64,000 nucleotides of DNA, taken from NCBI GenBank assembly GCA_016931155.1, contig JAFGFJ010000006.1, forward strand, positions 472,652 to 536,651, in the 5' to 3' direction. The stretch's first letter is position 1. The number at the start of each line of letters is the position of its first letter. The notes beneath the pieces were generated by a model. That model worked only from the letters and a program-made list of their open reading frames with translations. It did not search any database and was not told the origin of the DNA. Source of the DNA: Candidatus Dojkabacteria bacterium (GTDB taxonomy: Bacteria > Patescibacteriota > Dojkabacteria > B142 > JAFGFJ01). Shown one piece after another: positions 48,802-57,776 of this stretch. Both the position numbers and the translations under genes were made by a program.

Positions 48802-49266
48802 ATGGATTTAGTTGCACTTCAAAAATTTCTTTACGAATCTACTTCGGAAATATATGCGAACCCTGAGGTTAGAATAATTGAGGAAAAGGATGGCTCGCAT
48901 ACGATAGTGTGTATAAATGGAAGCTTCACTCTTCATGACAATTATTTCGGAGGAGAGCCTTTCGGAGGTAGAGAAGTAATTTTTGAAAATAATAAGCCTG
49001 TATGGATGATGGTCTATTATGGTTCGGTTACGAATCGTTTTAAAAAGCTTGGGTCAGTTTACTCATTTCTGAAAGAAGCTCTTCGGAACAATACTAAGAA
49101 TATGCCATATAGGGGACCTAAGAAATACAAAAAAGATGAGTGGCTTTATAAAAACGAACTTAAGGGAGATATGAAGTCTTTCATCGGAGAAGAGAAAATA
49201 TTTTATAAGGATAAGATGGTTTATTCTGCAAATTATCAAGGAGGTCTGATAAATAATAATGAATAA
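48802..49266 (+). CDS. DUF5680-like protein
   Basis: HDNYFGGEPFGGREV......VW.M.YYG, FL..AL, PYRGP, F.G.E.I. Confidence 0.75.
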   Translation: MDLVALQKFLYESTSEIYANPEVRIIEEKDGSHTIVCINGSFTLHDNYFGGEPFGGREVIFENNKPVWMMVYYGSVTNRFKKLGSVYSFLKEALRNNTKNMPYRGPKKYKKDEWLYKNELKGDMKSFIGEEKIFYKDKMVYSANYQGGLINNNE

Positions 49267-49282
49267 TTTTTAATCAATTTAT

Positions 49283-49909
49283 ATGACATACGATTTAGCT
49301 AGACCGACTATTCAACAGAAAAATATTCTTGATTTTATAGAATCATACATAGCTAAAAATGGAGTATCTCCAACTCTTCTTGAAGTGAAAGATCATATCG
49401 GTGTTAACTCTCTAGGCACTGTATACGAGCATCTGGATAAACTTGAATCAAAAGGGCTCATACAAAGAGATAAAAATGCTCCACGTGGTATAAGGTATCT
49501 GATAAATGTCGGAATATGTATTGGAGAAATGATACAAATCCCAATGGTCGGGACAATTCAAGCGGGATACCCTATAGATTTTGACTTTGATTCATCAGAG
49601 ACTATTGAACTACCCGTGAATTTTATTAAGGGAAAAGATGTTTTTGCTCTTGAAGTAAAGGGTGACAGCATGGTAGATGCTTATGTGACGGAGGGTGATA
49701 TTGTGATCTGTGAAAAAACAAATAGTGTAAGAGACGGTGACATGGTGGCGGCAATGGTTGATCACAGGGAAGCTACCTTAAAGAGGTTTTTTAAAAAGAA
49801 AGGAAGAATAGTTTTAAAACCGGAAAATCCCAAATACAAAGATATTGTCAGGAAAACAGGAGAAATAGAAGTGCAGGGCAAAGTACTTACAATTATTAGA
49901 AATCTTTAG
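49283..49909 (+). CDS. lexA: SOS repressor LexA
   Basis: wHTH (QK.IL.FI...SPT..E...S..TV..HL..LE.KG.I), cleavage site QAG.P, GDSM, ATLKR. Confidence 0.96.
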   Translation: MTYDLARPTIQQKNILDFIESYIAKNGVSPTLLEVKDHIGVNSLGTVYEHLDKLESKGLIQRDKNAPRGIRYLINVGICIGEMIQIPMVGTIQAGYPIDFDFDSSETIELPVNFIKGKDVFALEVKGDSMVDAYVTEGDIVICEKTNSVRDGDMVAAMVDHREATLKRFFKKKGRIVLKPENPKYKDIVRKTGEIEVQGKVLTIIRNL

Positions 49910-49915
49910 CTTAAT

Positions 49916-50521
49916 ATGGCCGGGAAAGAGCTTGAAATTAAATTCCGACTTCCGGATAAAGATCTTAAATTACTTACCAAGTAGCTTTCCAAAAACGCCG
50001 AGTTTATCGGAGAGGAAGATCACGAAGAATATTATTTTGATCATAAAGAGGTTCCTTTTACTTTTATCAACGAGGAAGGAGTAAAGGACGCTACAGACTA
50101 CTTGCGTCTCAGAAAAGAGAAGAGCGGATGATATTCAATTTGCCTCAAAAAATTCCACAAACACTCCGTTCGCAAGCACGAGTACACCCACTGTGATGAG
50201 TACGAGTTTGAAATCTTGGATGCTGGACAGGCAAAGGAGCTTCTAAAGGGCATAGGATTCTCAATTTTTACTCCGGTAATTAAAAACAGGAAAAAATATA
50301 TGTACAAAGTTTTTGAAATTGTAATAGATGATGTAAAAGGACTTGGAAGATTTGCGGAAATAGAGCTGAAAGAAGACTTTGATGATACCGACAAAGCATT
50401 TGAAAAGATATTTGATCTACTGAGGCAAATCGGGCTAAAGAAAATAGAAACACTTAAGAGGGGATATGTTTCCCTTATTTGGAACCCTGACCACGATTTC
50501 TCTGTGATTAAAGAGGTATAA
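49916..50521 (+). pseudogene. CYTH/class IV adenylate cyclase (CyaB-like) with two in-frame stops
   Basis: ATG 49916, MAGKELEIKF (ExExK); TAG at 49982 and TGA at 50129 in frame; YF, LRLR, CDEYE, K.RK.Y, D.V.GLG.F.EIE, GY are intact. Confidence 0.85.
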
Positions 50522-50538
50522 CTTATTCTTCCTGTAAG

Positions 50539-50769
50539 CTACAGGAGCCTCTGCTTGTACCCGGCCTCAAGTATTTGAACTTTAAATTTCGCTTCGTGAA
50601 GTTTCTCATACCTTTCAAGTCTGACAAGCCTTATAGGGAGTTTCTCCTTTGTCTTCCTTATCAGTCCCTGTCTGTGCCTGCATAGCTCCTCTCTAAAGTT
50701 GGATGTTAAGCCAATATAAGTTGAATCGTCCCTGCACCTGATTGTGTAAACAAAATATGGGGGTTTCAC
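50539..50769 (-). CDS. GIY-YIG nuclease family (YhbQ-like) small protein
   Basis: YFVY...C.D.S.YIG.T.N.....H..G....T...P..LV..E. Confidence 0.8.
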   Translation of the reverse strand: MKPPYFVYTIRCRDDSTYIGLTSNFREELCRHRQGLIRKTKEKLPIRLVRLERYEKLHEAKFKVQILEAGYKQRLL

Positions 50770-50875
50770 GAAAACAGTTTAGGATAAGAAAATTAAAAAA
50801 TTATTAAAAATGAAGATTAAAACAAAAAAGAAATACTCTTTATTCTTTTTCGTTTGAACAATAAGATATATAAAC

Positions 50876-51010
50876 ATGCTGATCAACAGCGAATCCAAAA
50901 ATAAGGGAGAACCATACTTAAGGCTGGGTTTTTATTACAGCTATTACATTAAAGATGATGATGATTTCGTAGGAGAGGATTTTGATGACGATTTGCCTTT
51001 GGAAGACTAG
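50876..51010 (+). CDS. 44-aa acidic small ORF
   Basis: MLINSESKNKGEPYLRLGFYYSYYIKDDDDFVGEDFDDDLPLED; below the ORF-track size cutoff. Confidence 0.45.
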   Translation: MLINSESKNKGEPYLRLGFYYSYYIKDDDDFVGEDFDDDLPLED

Positions 51011-51076
51011 TTCTACCACTGGGTTTCAGTGAACCATATGTTTTCAAAATCTACCGAAAGTATTGGTACCGAGACA

Positions 51077-51152
51077 TGGAGCGAACGACCGGAGTCGAAC
51101 CGGCGACCTTCTCGTTGGCAACGAGACGTTCTACCAACTGAACTACGTTCGC
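51077..51152 (-). tRNA. tRNA-Gly(GCC)
   Basis: GCGAACG acceptor, TCTCG-TTGCCAA-CGAGA anticodon arm, GTTCGAC, encoded CCA. Confidence 0.95.
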
Positions 51153-51191
51153 TTGGACTGCTCGAATCTTCTAATTATACATTATAGCTGA

Positions 51192-52019
51192 TTATTTCTT
51201 TCTTTTTCTTGTGCTCCTTTTTTTTGTTTTTGGAGCCGCACTTATTACAGTATTGACAGCTCTCTTTTCCCCTGATTTTAGAGCTTCCAATAGTAGATAA
51301 GCTCCAACTGCAACTAGACCTCCTGCGAGAGGAGCAAGGATGTACAGCCAAACATTTTTAAGTGGATCTCCTCCTTCAAACAAAGCAGGTACCAGGCTTC
51401 TCATTGGGTTAAATGAAGCTCCTGTAATCTGGTTGGAAAATGCTGTGATTGCAAGAAGAGCTAGTCCTGCTACAATCCCACCATATTGTTTGACCTTTTC
51501 GCTCCTGACAACGGATATCACTGTAAATACAAAAAAGAATGTTAGAACAGCTTCAAGCATGAATGATAAATCTGCTGAGCCTTCTAGAAAGGAATTTGAT
51601 AATACAGGGAATTGATCTGATATCTGATCTCTTGTGACTTCTCCCGAAACTGAGCCGGTTGTGTTGTAGGCTGCAAGCTGAATATCTACAATGGACTCTC
51701 TTACCCATGAAATGAACTGATAAGCAGCGATACCTCCAATCAACTGAGCTAGTAAATAGGACATTGTATCCATCAATGCAGGTACCATCTTTTTTGTACC
51801 TCTTACAGCATGAGTAAGATTTGCGGCAACAGTAAGCACAGGATTGAAGTGAGCTTCGGTATAACTACCAAGAGCGAGCACCAGTGCACCAAAACCCAAC
51901 CCGACCGCAAATGCGGCAAGGGAACCTCCAAACACCGCAGACATATATATAATAGCGAAAAAAAGAAACGTACCTAACGACTCGGCAAAGTACTCGCCGA
52001 CCTTCTGAGTTAACTTCAT
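51192..52019 (-). CDS. Aquaporin (MIP family)
   Basis: AE.LGTF, HFNPV, E..LTFFFV, ITGASFNPMRS, W.Y.LAPL.GG. Confidence 0.92.
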   Translation of the reverse strand: MKLTQKVGEYFAESLGTFLFFAIIYMSAVFGGSLAAFAVGLGFGALVLALGSYTEAHFNPVLTVAANLTHAVRGTKKMVPALMDTMSYLLAQLIGGIAAYQFISWVRESIVDIQLAAYNTTGSVSGEVTRDQISDQFPVLSNSFLEGSADLSFMLEAVLTFFFVFTVISVVRSEKVKQYGGIVAGLALLAITAFSNQITGASFNPMRSLVPALFEGGDPLKNVWLYILAPLAGGLVAVGAYLLLEALKSGEKRAVNTVISAAPKTKKRSTRKRKK

Positions 52020-52112
52020 TTTAAAAAAATATTAAATAAAATCGCGGGCAGATCTGAAATTGTATAGAAATAGTTTTCACAGGTCAAATATGGTATCTTG
52101 AGAACAATTGCT

Positions 52113-52835
52113 ATGCATAGATTTTTCGTAGAAAAAAGGAATATTTTTCCGGGAAAGGTTTTACTTGAAGATAGCGAAAGCATTCACAAAATCCGGCAGG
52201 TTTTGAGACTGAATATCGGTGATAAGATTACTCTTTTTGACGGGGAGGGAGGGGAATATAGTGGAGAAATAATGACACTTCAGAAGGCAGGAATTATGGT
52301 AAAAATCGGATCCAGACTGAAGAACGAAAGAACAGATAAACAGTACCTTACTCTTGGGCAGGCTCTTACCAGATCGACAAAGATTGATAATGTTGTGAGA
52401 ATGAATACAGAGGCAGGAGTAAAGGAGTTTGTGTTTTTTGAAGCAGACTATGGAGTTGTTAAGCTCAAGGATTTTAATGAGAATAAAATAGAAAGGTGGA
52501 GGAAAATTACTCAGGAGGCGTGCAGGCAAAGTGAGAGGGCAGATATTCCAAATATAAATTTTTCGGTAAGTTTTGGTGAGGTTATTGGTATTGAGGCGGA
52601 TTTAAAAATAATTCTGCATTGTAGAAATATTGAAGGCTCTGCGGATCTGAAAAATTTAAGAAAAAAGATAAAAAGCGATTCCAGAATTTTAATTTTGGTT
52701 GGACCGGAGGGTGGCTTTTCAAAGGAAGAACTAAAAAAAGCTAAAGCAAAAGGATTTATTTTTGGCTTTCTGAATTTGCCAATTCTGAGAACTGAAACAG
52801 CCGGGATTGTAGCTTCTTCAATATTACTGTCTTAA
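52113..52835 (+). CDS. rsmE: 16S rRNA m3U1498 methyltransferase
   Basis: MHRFF, H....VLR...GD, TE.GV, EA.RQS.R..IP, VGPEGGFS, ILRTETA. Confidence 0.95.
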   Translation: MHRFFVEKRNIFPGKVLLEDSESIHKIRQVLRLNIGDKITLFDGEGGEYSGEIMTLQKAGIMVKIGSRLKNERTDKQYLTLGQALTRSTKIDNVVRMNTEAGVKEFVFFEADYGVVKLKDFNENKIERWRKITQEACRQSERADIPNINFSVSFGEVIGIEADLKIILHCRNIEGSADLKNLRKKIKSDSRILILVGPEGGFSKEELKKAKAKGFIFGFLNLPILRTETAGIVASSILLS

Positions 52836-53530
52836 TATAGATTAATCAAAAGATTTCCGTTATATTCTGGGTTATAATTAAAACCAGCTGAAAGTGCTGG
52901 CCTATCAATGATAATAAGACCTCTTGCAAAGCTGAGTGGGTTTTTTCTGTTAATTTGCTCAATCTGTTCAACAGGAAGGCTTTCTGGACAATTGGTTATT
53001 TTATAGTGATTGTGGACAGATATTACTATTGCTTTTTTTGCTCCTGCCATTCTAGATGCCTCCAGTATTGCTTGAAGTATCTCCGTTCTAAAGTCGAACT
53101 GTAAGAATTTTCTTTTGCTTTGTCTTGTTTGAAATTTATCTCTACTAATTCCTTGAGGCATTTGACCGATGACTGCCACTAATTCCCCGGTCGGCTCCTT
53201 CCATATGTCAAAAGCAGAAGAAGCGACTGCCTGCCGGGTATATGGGTCAACAAGTTGGAGTCCTAATTGTCCATCTATTATGTAGTTACTATGCCAACCT
53301 TCTTCCTTTACCTTTACAATTTTTCTTACGTCAACTGATCTCATCTCAAGTAAAAATTGGTTTGTTTCTAAATATGGGAATCTATAGAAATCAGAAAGGT
53401 TAGTTCTATGGCTTATCTGGTAAGAACCGTTAGTGTAAGTGAGGAAAATTTCATTATTGATACCCTTTTGGGCTAAGGCCAAAACATTTGGCAAAGTATT
53501 ATCTAATTGTTCTACAGAAAAACCTGACAT
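52832..53530 (-). CDS. Hypothetical protein
   Basis: 232-aa ORF, no confident motif. Confidence 0.6.
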   Translation of the reverse strand: MSGFSVEQLDNTLPNVLALAQKGINNEIFLTYTNGSYQISHRTNLSDFYRFPYLETNQFLLEMRSVDVRKIVKVKEEGWHSNYIIDGQLGLQLVDPYTRQAVASSAFDIWKEPTGELVAVIGQMPQGISRDKFQTRQSKRKFLQFDFRTEILQAILEASRMAGAKKAIVISVHNHYKITNCPESLPVEQIEQINRKNPLSFARGLIIIDRPALSAGFNYNPEYNGNLLINLY

Positions 53531-53653
53531 AAAAGGCTCTATAACAACTATATATTATAGTCCGGCACTTTTACTTTTGTCAATTTCTGGCTAGTTTTAT
53601 ATTCAGAATGGATTTGCTAATATGGTCTCTGTCTTTTATAATCATTTTAGTTT

Positions 53654-53726
53654 GCCGAGGTAGCTCAGTTGGTAGAGCACGCGACTGAAAATCGCGGTGT
53701 CGCCAGTTCAATTCTGGCCCTCGGCA
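53654..53726 (+). tRNA. tRNA-Phe(GAA), CCA not encoded
   Basis: GCCGAGG acceptor, CGCGA-CTGAAAA-TCGCG anticodon arm, GTTCAAT T-loop. Confidence 0.95.
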
Positions 53727-53886
53727 CACTGTACTTGAGTTTTATGAAGCCGTACCGATGATAACGTTTCAATTTTGTCATCATCCCAAAGTTTAGAAAA
53801 AATCTAAGCTCAAATAGGTACAAATCGGTAACTTTTTTTTTGAGCAGTTATCATTGCCTGGCACATGTTATAATAAACACCGCTCA

Positions 53887-53963
53887 GGGCACCTAGCTCA
53901 ACTGGTTAGAGCAATTCGTTTACACCGAATAGGTTGGGGGTTCGAGTCCCTTGGTGCCCACCA
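53887..53963 (+). tRNA. tRNA-Val(TAC)
   Basis: GGGCACC acceptor, ATTCG-TTTACAC-CGAAT anticodon arm, GTTCGAG, encoded CCA. Confidence 0.95.
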
Positions 53964-53969
53964 TCAATT

Positions 53970-54719
53970 TTAAAGTTTTTCCAGTATCATAAAATGTGAA
54001 ATCCCGAAGTAGTGAAGAGGTGTTGATTCAGCAACTTTTGTAAATCCTTTCATAAAGTTACCCAAAAGTTTCGATCTGTTTTGTAGCCCGTCGAAGCCGG
54101 GGAAAACGTGCTTATGGTGAACAATTTTTATCGGCAGTGCCTGCAATAGATTTTTGATTTTTCTGTTTGAATAATTCCTCACATGAGGTGTGAGTCTGTT
54201 GAAAATAAAATTCGGGAGCCAGGTAACAAGTGGAATATTCCCGAATTTATACTTTCCGTTTATGTAAATTCCGTGGGTCTCGAATGGCCAGAGTCTATTT
54301 GGTGCGAAAATAATCAGTTTTCCTCCCGGCTTCAAAACCCTTACAAGCTCCCTTACGGATTTTCTGTCATTGTCTACATGTTCCAGGACTTCATGAAACC
54401 AGATGATATCGAAAGAATTATTTTTGTATGGTAATTTTTCTGCACCACTAATAGTTACGTTCTTGAATTTCTTTTTTGCAAGTTCTATTTTTCTCGGGTC
54501 AGGATCGAACCCGTAAATATTACTAGAAAATTCTGAAAATTTCTCCATGAACATGCCTATTCCGCATCCTGCATCTAGGATCTTTTTGTCATCCAAAATC
54601 ACGAGTTTTCGAACCATTTTTAATCTTCTCTCCAGTCCATAAGTCCAGTATGAGGAAGGACTTCCTGACTTAATACTCTCGAAATCACTGTATTTTTTTT
54701 GCCAGTTTCCGTTGGGCAT
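53970..54719 (-). CDS. Class I SAM-dependent methyltransferase
   Basis: ILDAGCGIG, LPY..NSFD, EVLEHV, RVLKPGG. Confidence 0.9.
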   Translation of the reverse strand: MPNGNWQKKYSDFESIKSGSPSSYWTYGLERRLKMVRKLVILDDKKILDAGCGIGMFMEKFSEFSSNIYGFDPDPRKIELAKKKFKNVTISGAEKLPYKNNSFDIIWFHEVLEHVDNDRKSVRELVRVLKPGGKLIIFAPNRLWPFETHGIYINGKYKFGNIPLVTWLPNFIFNRLTPHVRNYSNRKIKNLLQALPIKIVHHKHVFPGFDGLQNRSKLLGNFMKGFTKVAESTPLHYFGISHFMILEKL

Positions 54720-54725
54720 AGAAAA

Positions 54726-55835
54726 TTAGTAGAAGCTGAGCCATATTCCTATTGCTGCAAATACTGAGCTGAAAAGCCAAAATCTCATCACGACTTTTGT
54801 TTCCGGCCATCCTTTAAGCTCATAATGATGATGTAGTGGAGCCATTCTGAACAATCTTCTACCAATTGTTCTTCTTGCAATTCCCTGAATAAGAGTTGTT
54901 GCTATCTCTGCGATAAACAACATACAAATAGGAATAAGAAGCAAAGGCTTTTCCAAAGCAAATGCAACTGTTGCAAGAAGTGTTCCCAATGCGAGTGATC
55001 CTACGTCACCCATTTGGAATCTTGCTGGTGGAATGTTGAAATACAGGTATGCGATTAATGCGCCACACACGCTAGCACAAAGTAAAGCGATTGGCATATT
55101 TAACTGGAGTACAGAAATTATCAAGAACGTCCCAAAGCTTGAAAGTAGTAATCCTGCCGAAAGACCGTCCATGCCGTCTGCGATATTTACAGCATTTGTC
55201 ATACTTATTATGGTGAAAATTACGAAAGGGATCATAAGCCAGCCAATATTTATTCCTCCCAGGAAGGGAATCCATAAGAACCCCGGGACAGGAAACCCGG
55301 CAAGATAATAGATCCAAATAGCCACAATACCACCAGCGATAGCCTGAACCAGAATTTTTTCATGAGCCTGAATGCCCTTACCAGGATTTGATCCAAGCAT
55401 AAAAAACAGCCTTTTATATATTGCCCAGGGAAGAGTTAATAAATAATATAGTCTCATCAATGGGCTGGCGTGAACTTTTATCAACATAAGAATCCTGCTG
55501 ATTTTTCTTACTGGTCTTTTTCTGCCATAAATGTTTAGTACATCATCAAAAGCTCCCAGAAGTGCTGAAATGGAGAAAACCAGCAGTGGGACTTTTGTTG
55601 TCCCGTTGAAATTGAATATGATGTTTACTAGAAGTACTGCAAGTATGACAATAAGCCCTCCCATTATTGGTGTACCAACCTTCAACTTTCTGGCTTCTAT
55701 CAAGGTGGAAAAATCTACATCAATTTCCCTTACTATTTTGAACTTGTAAAGAAGTGAGATGATTGGGATTGATAAGGCAAAACCCAGAACCGATGACCCT
55801 AGAAAAACTGACACAATCAACAATACATCTATCAT
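54726..55835 (-). CDS. mraY: Phospho-N-acetylmuramoyl-pentapeptide transferase
   Basis: K.GTP.MGG, GAFDD, NAVNIADGMDGL, MGD.GSLALG, F.MAPLHHHYE..GW.E.KVV.RFW. Confidence 0.96.
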   Translation of the reverse strand: MIDVLLIVSVFLGSSVLGFALSIPIISLLYKFKIVREIDVDFSTLIEARKLKVGTPIMGGLIVILAVLLVNIIFNFNGTTKVPLLVFSISALLGAFDDVLNIYGRKRPVRKISRILMLIKVHASPLMRLYYLLTLPWAIYKRLFFMLGSNPGKGIQAHEKILVQAIAGGIVAIWIYYLAGFPVPGFLWIPFLGGINIGWLMIPFVIFTIISMTNAVNIADGMDGLSAGLLLSSFGTFLIISVLQLNMPIALLCASVCGALIAYLYFNIPPARFQMGDVGSLALGTLLATVAFALEKPLLLIPICMLFIAEIATTLIQGIARRTIGRRLFRMAPLHHHYELKGWPETKVVMRFWLFSSVFAAIGIWLSFY

Positions 55836-55931
55836 GGTTATTGAGATATGACTAAAACAAATAACGTAATAACTGACTAATAATTACCCTTCGTATGTTA
55901 TACTTGCCCAGACATATTAGCAGATTAAGAA

Positions 55932-56135
55932 ATGTTAAAGAAGTTGATTGAGCCGATGCAGTTGGTTTTGCTCCAAAAGAAATATTGCCCTGGTTGTACT
56001 AGAAAACTTGATTCGCAAAGGAATAGAACTGGAAGATCACAAACAACTGAGAAGGTAGTCTGTGATTGTGGAAGGATTTTCATTTATGATAAAGAGCTAG
56101 ATACTTATAGGAGGGCTGCATTTCAAGAGGTATAG
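55932..56135 (+). CDS. Small zinc-ribbon protein
   Basis: CPGC...CDCG; ends 6 bp before uvrC. Confidence 0.7.
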   Translation: MLKKLIEPMQLVLLQKKYCPGCTRKLDSQRNRTGRSQTTEKVVCDCGRIFIYDKELDTYRRAAFQEV

Positions 56136-56141
56136 CCTGGT

Positions 56142-57758
56142 ATGTTCTATCCCACAGAAGATTTAAAAGATAAAGTACTGTCGGCACCATTTCAACCTGG
56201 CTGTTATATTTACCGAAATAACAGAGGAGAAGTTTTGTATATAGGAAAAGCAGTAAACCTTCGTAGTCGAACAAGATCATATTTCCAGAATTTCCACAGA
56301 CTGGATCCAAGGATTAAAGTACTTGTTGAGCAGATCAATGACGTTGAGTATGTTACAACTGACTCGGAACTTGAGGCATTGATTCTTGAAACAAATCTGA
56401 TTAAAAAGTATATGCCCAAATACAATCGTCTGATGAAAGACGACAAAAACTATATTTGGGTTATGGTTCCGAAAAATACTGATTTTCCCAAAATTGAGTT
56501 TGTAAGAGAAAAGAGAATAAAAAATGCGGACTATTTTGGTCCATATCCGGAGACAATGCCAATAAAAAGGACACTAAGAAGGCTAAGACATATTTTCCCA
56601 TTCAGAAGTTGTAACAGAAAAATATGTGAACAGGAAGAGAACGGCAGAAAAACTGTGGTATCTTCGGATTCGAAACCTTGTTTGTATTTTTATCTTGGTC
56701 TTTGTAATGGTCCTTGCACAGGAAAAATCTCTAAGGCTAATTATATGAAAGGTATAAATGATATCAAAAGATTTTTCCGTGGAGAAAGAAACAAAATCAT
56801 TGATGAATTAAGAAAAGAAATGGAAGAAAATTCCCGGCAAATGGGCTTTGAAAAGGCTGCCTCCTTGAGAGATAAGATTCAGGATATAAACTATGTGACA
56901 CAAACAATCAAAATAGATAAGGACATGGATGAAGTAATTTTGAAGGCCGAGAAGCAGAAGTTAAGATCAAAAGCTTTGCAGGAGCTCATTGAGAAATTAG
57001 ATATTCAAAATCTAAAATTGAAGAGTAATTTTAAAATTGAAACATATGATGTTTCTAATATTCAGGGAAAAAATGCAACTTCGTCGATGGTCGTTTTGAT
57101 TGACGGGAGATCAGAAAAATCTCATTACAGAAAGTTTAAAATTAAGACGAAATCAACTCCTGACGACTTTGAAATGATGCGGGAGACCTTCAGTAGAAGG
57201 TTTGCCAGAAAGTCAAAAGTGATGAAAAAAGGAAACCAATTACATAACAGGAAGAGTGAAAATATAAATAAGGATGCTAGTGCAGTAATAGACAGAAAAG
57301 ATTCTGATAAAAGCTTCGATATTTTTCCTGATCTTATTGTAGTTGATGGAGGAAAGGATCAATTAGGTGCTGCTTTTCGTGTTCTTCAGGAAATGACTGT
57401 TGATGTTCCGGTTATTGGTCTTGCAAAAAGGGAAGAAGAGATTTTTAAGATTTTTGAAAAAGATGGCGAGCTGGATTTCAAAAAAGCAAAGATATCTAGA
57501 AAATCTGAGGCATCCTATCTACTTCAAAATATCAGGGATGAAGCTCATAGATTTGCTTTAGGTTATCACAGGAAATTAAGATCAAAATCTCAGGTGAAGT
57601 CGATCCTGGATGACATTCCAGGAATAGGAAAACTGACTAAAATGAAACTTTTGAAAGCGTTTGGAAGTACAGAGGGAGTTAGAAAGGCAAGAAGAAAAGA
57701 TCTTTTTACTATTGTGAGAAACAGATCTACTATTGATAAAATAAAAAGACTACTTTAG
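56142..57758 (+). CDS. uvrC: Excinuclease ABC subunit C
   Basis: PGCY...YIGKA.NL..R..SYF, EALILE, YFGP, FE.AA.LRD, D.SN.QG, VDGG..Q, RDEAHRFA, HhH PGIG. Confidence 0.96.
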   Translation: MFYPTEDLKDKVLSAPFQPGCYIYRNNRGEVLYIGKAVNLRSRTRSYFQNFHRLDPRIKVLVEQINDVEYVTTDSELEALILETNLIKKYMPKYNRLMKDDKNYIWVMVPKNTDFPKIEFVREKRIKNADYFGPYPETMPIKRTLRRLRHIFPFRSCNRKICEQEENGRKTVVSSDSKPCLYFYLGLCNGPCTGKISKANYMKGINDIKRFFRGERNKIIDELRKEMEENSRQMGFEKAASLRDKIQDINYVTQTIKIDKDMDEVILKAEKQKLRSKALQELIEKLDIQNLKLKSNFKIETYDVSNIQGKNATSSMVVLIDGRSEKSHYRKFKIKTKSTPDDFEMMRETFSRRFARKSKVMKKGNQLHNRKSENINKDASAVIDRKDSDKSFDIFPDLIVVDGGKDQLGAAFRVLQEMTVDVPVIGLAKREEEIFKIFEKDGELDFKKAKISRKSEASYLLQNIRDEAHRFALGYHRKLRSKSQVKSILDDIPGIGKLTKMKLLKAFGSTEGVRKARRKDLFTIVRNRSTIDKIKRLL

Positions 57759-57776
57759 ATCAAAATTACGATATGC

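Noticed and set aside
49916-50521. Alternative genetic code (TGA=Gly/Trp or TAG readthrough)
   Set aside because: TGA and TAG end many intact genes here (ppa, the ABC ATPase and the first nrdJ end in TGA; hisS, rsmH and lexA end in TAG), and no other gene needs readthrough.
50539-51152. Integrated mobile element at tRNA-Gly
   Set aside because: No integrase and no duplicated tRNA 3' end were seen; the GIY-YIG gene is the small stand-alone type.
55836-55931. LexA box upstream of the uvrC operon
   Set aside because: No TTCGG-N6-TTCGG pair was found; isolated CCGAA/TTCGG half-sites elsewhere (e.g. 3556, 33710, 51054) lack the 11-bp partner.
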